Source: Gammaproteobacteria bacterium TMED112
GTDB lineage: Bacteria > Pseudomonadota > Gammaproteobacteria > Magnimaribacterales > TMED112
Reading direction: 5' to 3'
Assembly: GCA_002170245.2 (NCBI GenBank)
Contig: NHFN02000017.1
Span: 52,714 to 116,713, forward strand
DNA length: 64,000 nucleotides
Shown here: positions 61,455-64,000 of the stretch, piece by piece
How the letters are laid out: every line of letters starts with the position of its first letter
Numbering within the stretch: position 1 is the stretch's first letter
The notes under the pieces: generated by a model
What the model saw: only the letters and a program-made list of their open reading frames with translations
Told to the model about the DNA's origin: nothing
The model's database searches: none
Translations under genes and position numbers: made by a program

Positions 61455-62331
61455 ATAGTTTTTTAAGCTCTTTAGCCCTCATTTTATCTTCATTAATTTG
61501 ATTCTTTAATTCTTCTATAGACTTAAATTTAATTTGATCTCTAATTTTACATAAAAATTCAATGCTTAAAGCCTCATCGTATATATTTCCAACAAAATCG
61601 AGGATATGTGCCTCTAAAGACTGTTCAAGATCATCAAAGGTAGGTTTTGGACCAAAATTTATAATACAAAAATATATACTTCCATTTATTTCAGTTTTAC
61701 CTAAAAAAACACCAGTAAAACAGAATTTTTTATTTTCGATATCTATGTTTGCCGTTGGAGATGAGATTCTTTTTCCCAAACTTTTGCCCTTTATTACTTT
61801 ACCTGATATTCGATACGTTCTGCCAAGCAATTTTGAGGCATCCTGGAATTCACTATTCTGAAGTAGTTCTCTTATCAATGTGCTGCTTATTTTTAAGCCT
61901 TCACTTTTGAAATCTTCTAATACTTCTAAAGTTATTTCATTTCTTATACAAAGACTTTTAAGCAACTTCAAATCTCCTGATCTTTCTTTACCAAATTTAA
62001 AATCCTTACCTACAATTAAGTATTTAACATCTTCTTCAAGGAGATATTTAGTAAAGAATTCTTCTGCAGAGGTGCGTCTAAAATCATCACTAAAATCAAT
62101 AGTATTCACTTTATCAATTTTAAAATCAGCTAAAATTGATTTTTTATCAACTTCAGAAAGAATCCTATTTTTTTCTAACTCAAAGAACTCAAACGGATAA
62201 GGGTTAAATGTAATTACCTTAGTTTTAAGATTCATCTTTTTTGCATTAGTTTTAATTTTTGCAATTAAAGCTGCATGGCCCAGATGTAGACCATCAAAAT
62301 TTCCTATTGTCGTGGCATAACCAATTTTCAT
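61447..62331 (-). CDS. ribF: bifunctional riboflavin kinase/FAD synthetase
   Basis: IGNFDGLHLGH and riboflavin-kinase PTANI motifs. Confidence 0.93.
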   Translation of the reverse strand: MKIGYATTIGNFDGLHLGHAALIAKIKTNAKKMNLKTKVITFNPYPFEFFELEKNRILSEVDKKSILADFKIDKVNTIDFSDDFRRTSAEEFFTKYLLEEDVKYLIVGKDFKFGKERSGDLKLLKSLCIRNEITLEVLEDFKSEGLKISSTLIRELLQNSEFQDASKLLGRTYRISGKVIKGKSLGKRISSPTANIDIENKKFCFTGVFLGKTEINGSIYFCIINFGPKPTFDDLEQSLEAHILDFVGNIYDEALSIEFLCKIRDQIKFKSIEELKNQINEDKMRAKELKKLYE

Positions 62332-63635
62332 GATGTTAAACTTTTTTTCAAACTAAGTAGATAAATTATTGCAATCACCCATACTGATATGGCTGCAAAA
62401 GTAGTGGCTAAAGCTAATCCTACGTGACCCATATCATAAACAAAAATAAATACATAATTTAGTATTAAGTTAAGTATTAACGAGACTAGGCCTAGAGTTA
62501 AAACCAATTTTGTCTTATTTGCTGCAAAAAAAACACTATTAAAAAACTTTGAACTTAACAAGAAAGGTAAAGCATAAGCATAAGCAATAAGACTAAGTGA
62601 AGTCATCTCTACATCATACATATTGAATTCACCTCTAAAAAATAATAATTGAATAATCTGTACCGATAGAAAAATATAAAAAAGACCAGATGCTAGTCCC
62701 AGCAGAAATGTTGATGAGAAGCCTTTTATAAATACCTTTCTAAACTCTTTTTTATTTTTATTTAATAATTGCTCCGTAAGATCAGGTAGCGCCACAAGAG
62801 CAATCGCAACGCCAAACAAACCCATTGGAAACTGTATTAACCTGTCTGATAAATATAACCATGTTGGACTACCAGATATGAGGAATGATGCAAAAATTGT
62901 ATCTACTAAAACATTGAGTTGGTAGACTCCTGCTGCAAGAATTGCAGGAAAAAATCTTGAAAAAAATGAATTTAGAACTCCCGTATTATACTTTTTTGTA
63001 AAAGACGGAAAGTAACCTAGCTTGCTGGTAAAGTATAAATTTAATAATAGTTGTGCAATTCCTGCAACAATTACTGCTGTTCCAATAACCTTTAAAGACA
63101 GAGTTTCAGAAAAACACGCGTAAACAATTAAGGTTAAATTAAATAATATAGGAGTTGCTGCGACCACCTGAAAAGATTTTTTTGAGTTTTGTACTGCTCC
63201 TAGAAAAGCCACTAAGGAGATTAGCAATATATAAGGAAAAACATAAGTTAAAAATTCAGTAGCAGCCAAAAATTTGTTTTCATCTGTTTGAAATCCAGGA
63301 GCAAAAATTGAAACAAATAATTCAGGAAAAAGCTCAACAAAAAGTACAAAACTTAATAAAGCAAAAAACAGCATCGTAAAGATTTGATTTAAAAAATTAT
63401 TTAAGTTCTCTTTTGCTTCAATAATACTTGGTGTTAAAGATTGAGATAAGGCGCCCTCACCAAAGAAGCTTCTAAAAACATTAGGTATCTTAAAAATTAC
63501 AACAAATATATCGTGTATTACATTTGCACCTAGGATCGAGGAAAATGCTAAATCTCTTATGTAACCGAAAATTCTTGAAATTAGAGTAAAAAAACTAAAT
63601 CCAAAAGAAGATTTCCAAAAATTTGAGATATTCAA
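62328..63635 (-). CDS. murJ: lipid II flippase MurJ (short, TTG start)
   Basis: SRIFGYIRD..FKIPNVFRSFFGEGALSQ N-terminus is collinear with MurJ. 435 aa. Confidence 0.87.
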   Translation of the reverse strand: MNISNFWKSSFGFSFFTLISRIFGYIRDLAFSSILGANVIHDIFVVIFKIPNVFRSFFGEGALSQSLTPSIIEAKENLNNFLNQIFTMLFFALLSFVLFVELFPELFVSIFAPGFQTDENKFLAATEFLTYVFPYILLISLVAFLGAVQNSKKSFQVVAATPILFNLTLIVYACFSETLSLKVIGTAVIVAGIAQLLLNLYFTSKLGYFPSFTKKYNTGVLNSFFSRFFPAILAAGVYQLNVLVDTIFASFLISGSPTWLYLSDRLIQFPMGLFGVAIALVALPDLTEQLLNKNKKEFRKVFIKGFSSTFLLGLASGLFYIFLSVQIIQLLFFRGEFNMYDVEMTSLSLIAYAYALPFLLSSKFFNSVFFAANKTKLVLTLGLVSLILNLILNYVFIFVYDMGHVGLALATTFAAISVWVIAIIYLLSLKKSLTS

Positions 63636-64000
63636 TTACTTTTTCTCTGAATCGAAGTCTAGAGATATGGAATTAACACAATATCTCAAACCAGTTTTAT
63701 CTACTGGGCCATCATTAAATACGTGCCCTAAATGACCCTCACAATTCGCGCATAATATTTCAGTTCTTGGACGACCATAAATAGAATGATCATCTCGATA
63801 AATTATTGCATCCTCATTTACAGCTTCAAAAAAGCTAGGCCAACCACAACCAGCATTATATTTTGTTTCAGATTTAAATAGTTCGTGACCACAGTTTTTG
63901 CATTTGTAGGTTCCATCCTCATAGAATGAATCAAATTTGCCAGAAAATGCTCTTTCAGTGCCCTTGTCTCTTAAAACTATTAATTCTTCCTCTGTTAAAG
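63636..64000 (-). CDS. msrB: peptide-methionine (R)-S-oxide reductase, 5'-truncated by the window edge
   Basis: Not in the ORF track because it has no start in the window. My translation ends ..YKCKNCGHELFKSETKYNAGCGWPSFFEAV..EILCANCEGHLGHVFNDGP..GLRYCVNSISLDFDSEKK*, with the stop at 63636-38. Confidence 0.85.
   Translation of the reverse strand, partial: LTEEELIVLRDKGTERAFSGKFDSFYEDGTYKCKNCGHELFKSETKYNAGCGWPSFFEAVNEDAIIYRDDHSIYGRPRTEILCANCEGHLGHVFNDGPVDKTGLRYCVNSISLDFDSEKK

Overview
This is a visibly AT-rich, extremely gene-dense chromosomal segment. Its gene order looks like a streamlined marine gammaproteobacterium with Pseudomonadales-like synteny: murJ-ribF-ileS-lspA-ispH, rpoE-mucA-mucD-lepA-lepB, xerD-dsbC-prfB-lysS and a Pseudomonas-type nrdAB. 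The taxon is an inference only. I support about 62 protein genes, almost all core housekeeping. They are packed head-to-tail with 1-13 bp overlaps, and several convergent gene pairs overlap at their 3' ends. I see no rRNA, tRNA, CRISPR array, transposase, phage or recognisable defence genes, so I cannot point to a clear novel multi-gene system. The features that most deserve a second look are listed here.

1. The 280-bp gltB / porin-amt divergent region holds a near-consensus glutamine (glnA-type) riboswitch. It is immediately preceded by two copies, 50 nt apart, of an unclassified hairpin/pseudoknot-like element with one compensatory base-pair change.
2. There is a Ni-superoxide dismutase operon (sodN-sodX). 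It is flanked by an unlisted 58-codon His-rich membrane ORF and by an uncharacterised 6-TM protein.
3. The anti-sigma-E protein looks like an RseA N-terminus fused to an RseB-like C-terminal domain, and rseB/rseC are absent.
4. The rpsP-rimM-trmD-rplS operon is altered in three ways: S16 carries a 12-unit pentapeptide repeat tail, rimM has no ATG/GTG/TTG start, and a VOC-family gene is inserted.
5. prfB has the classical +1 frameshift site, which the ORF track misses.
6. A perfect inverted pair of DnaA boxes lies upstream of ung, and DnaA-like plus NrdR boxes lie upstream of nrdA.
7. AmpG carries a VanZ-like C-terminal fusion.

Several genes normally embedded in these conserved operons are absent from their usual positions: rnc, pdxJ, plsX/fabH/fabF/pabC, recJ, fkpB and glnK. 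All family assignments come from motif recognition by eye. No searches were run.
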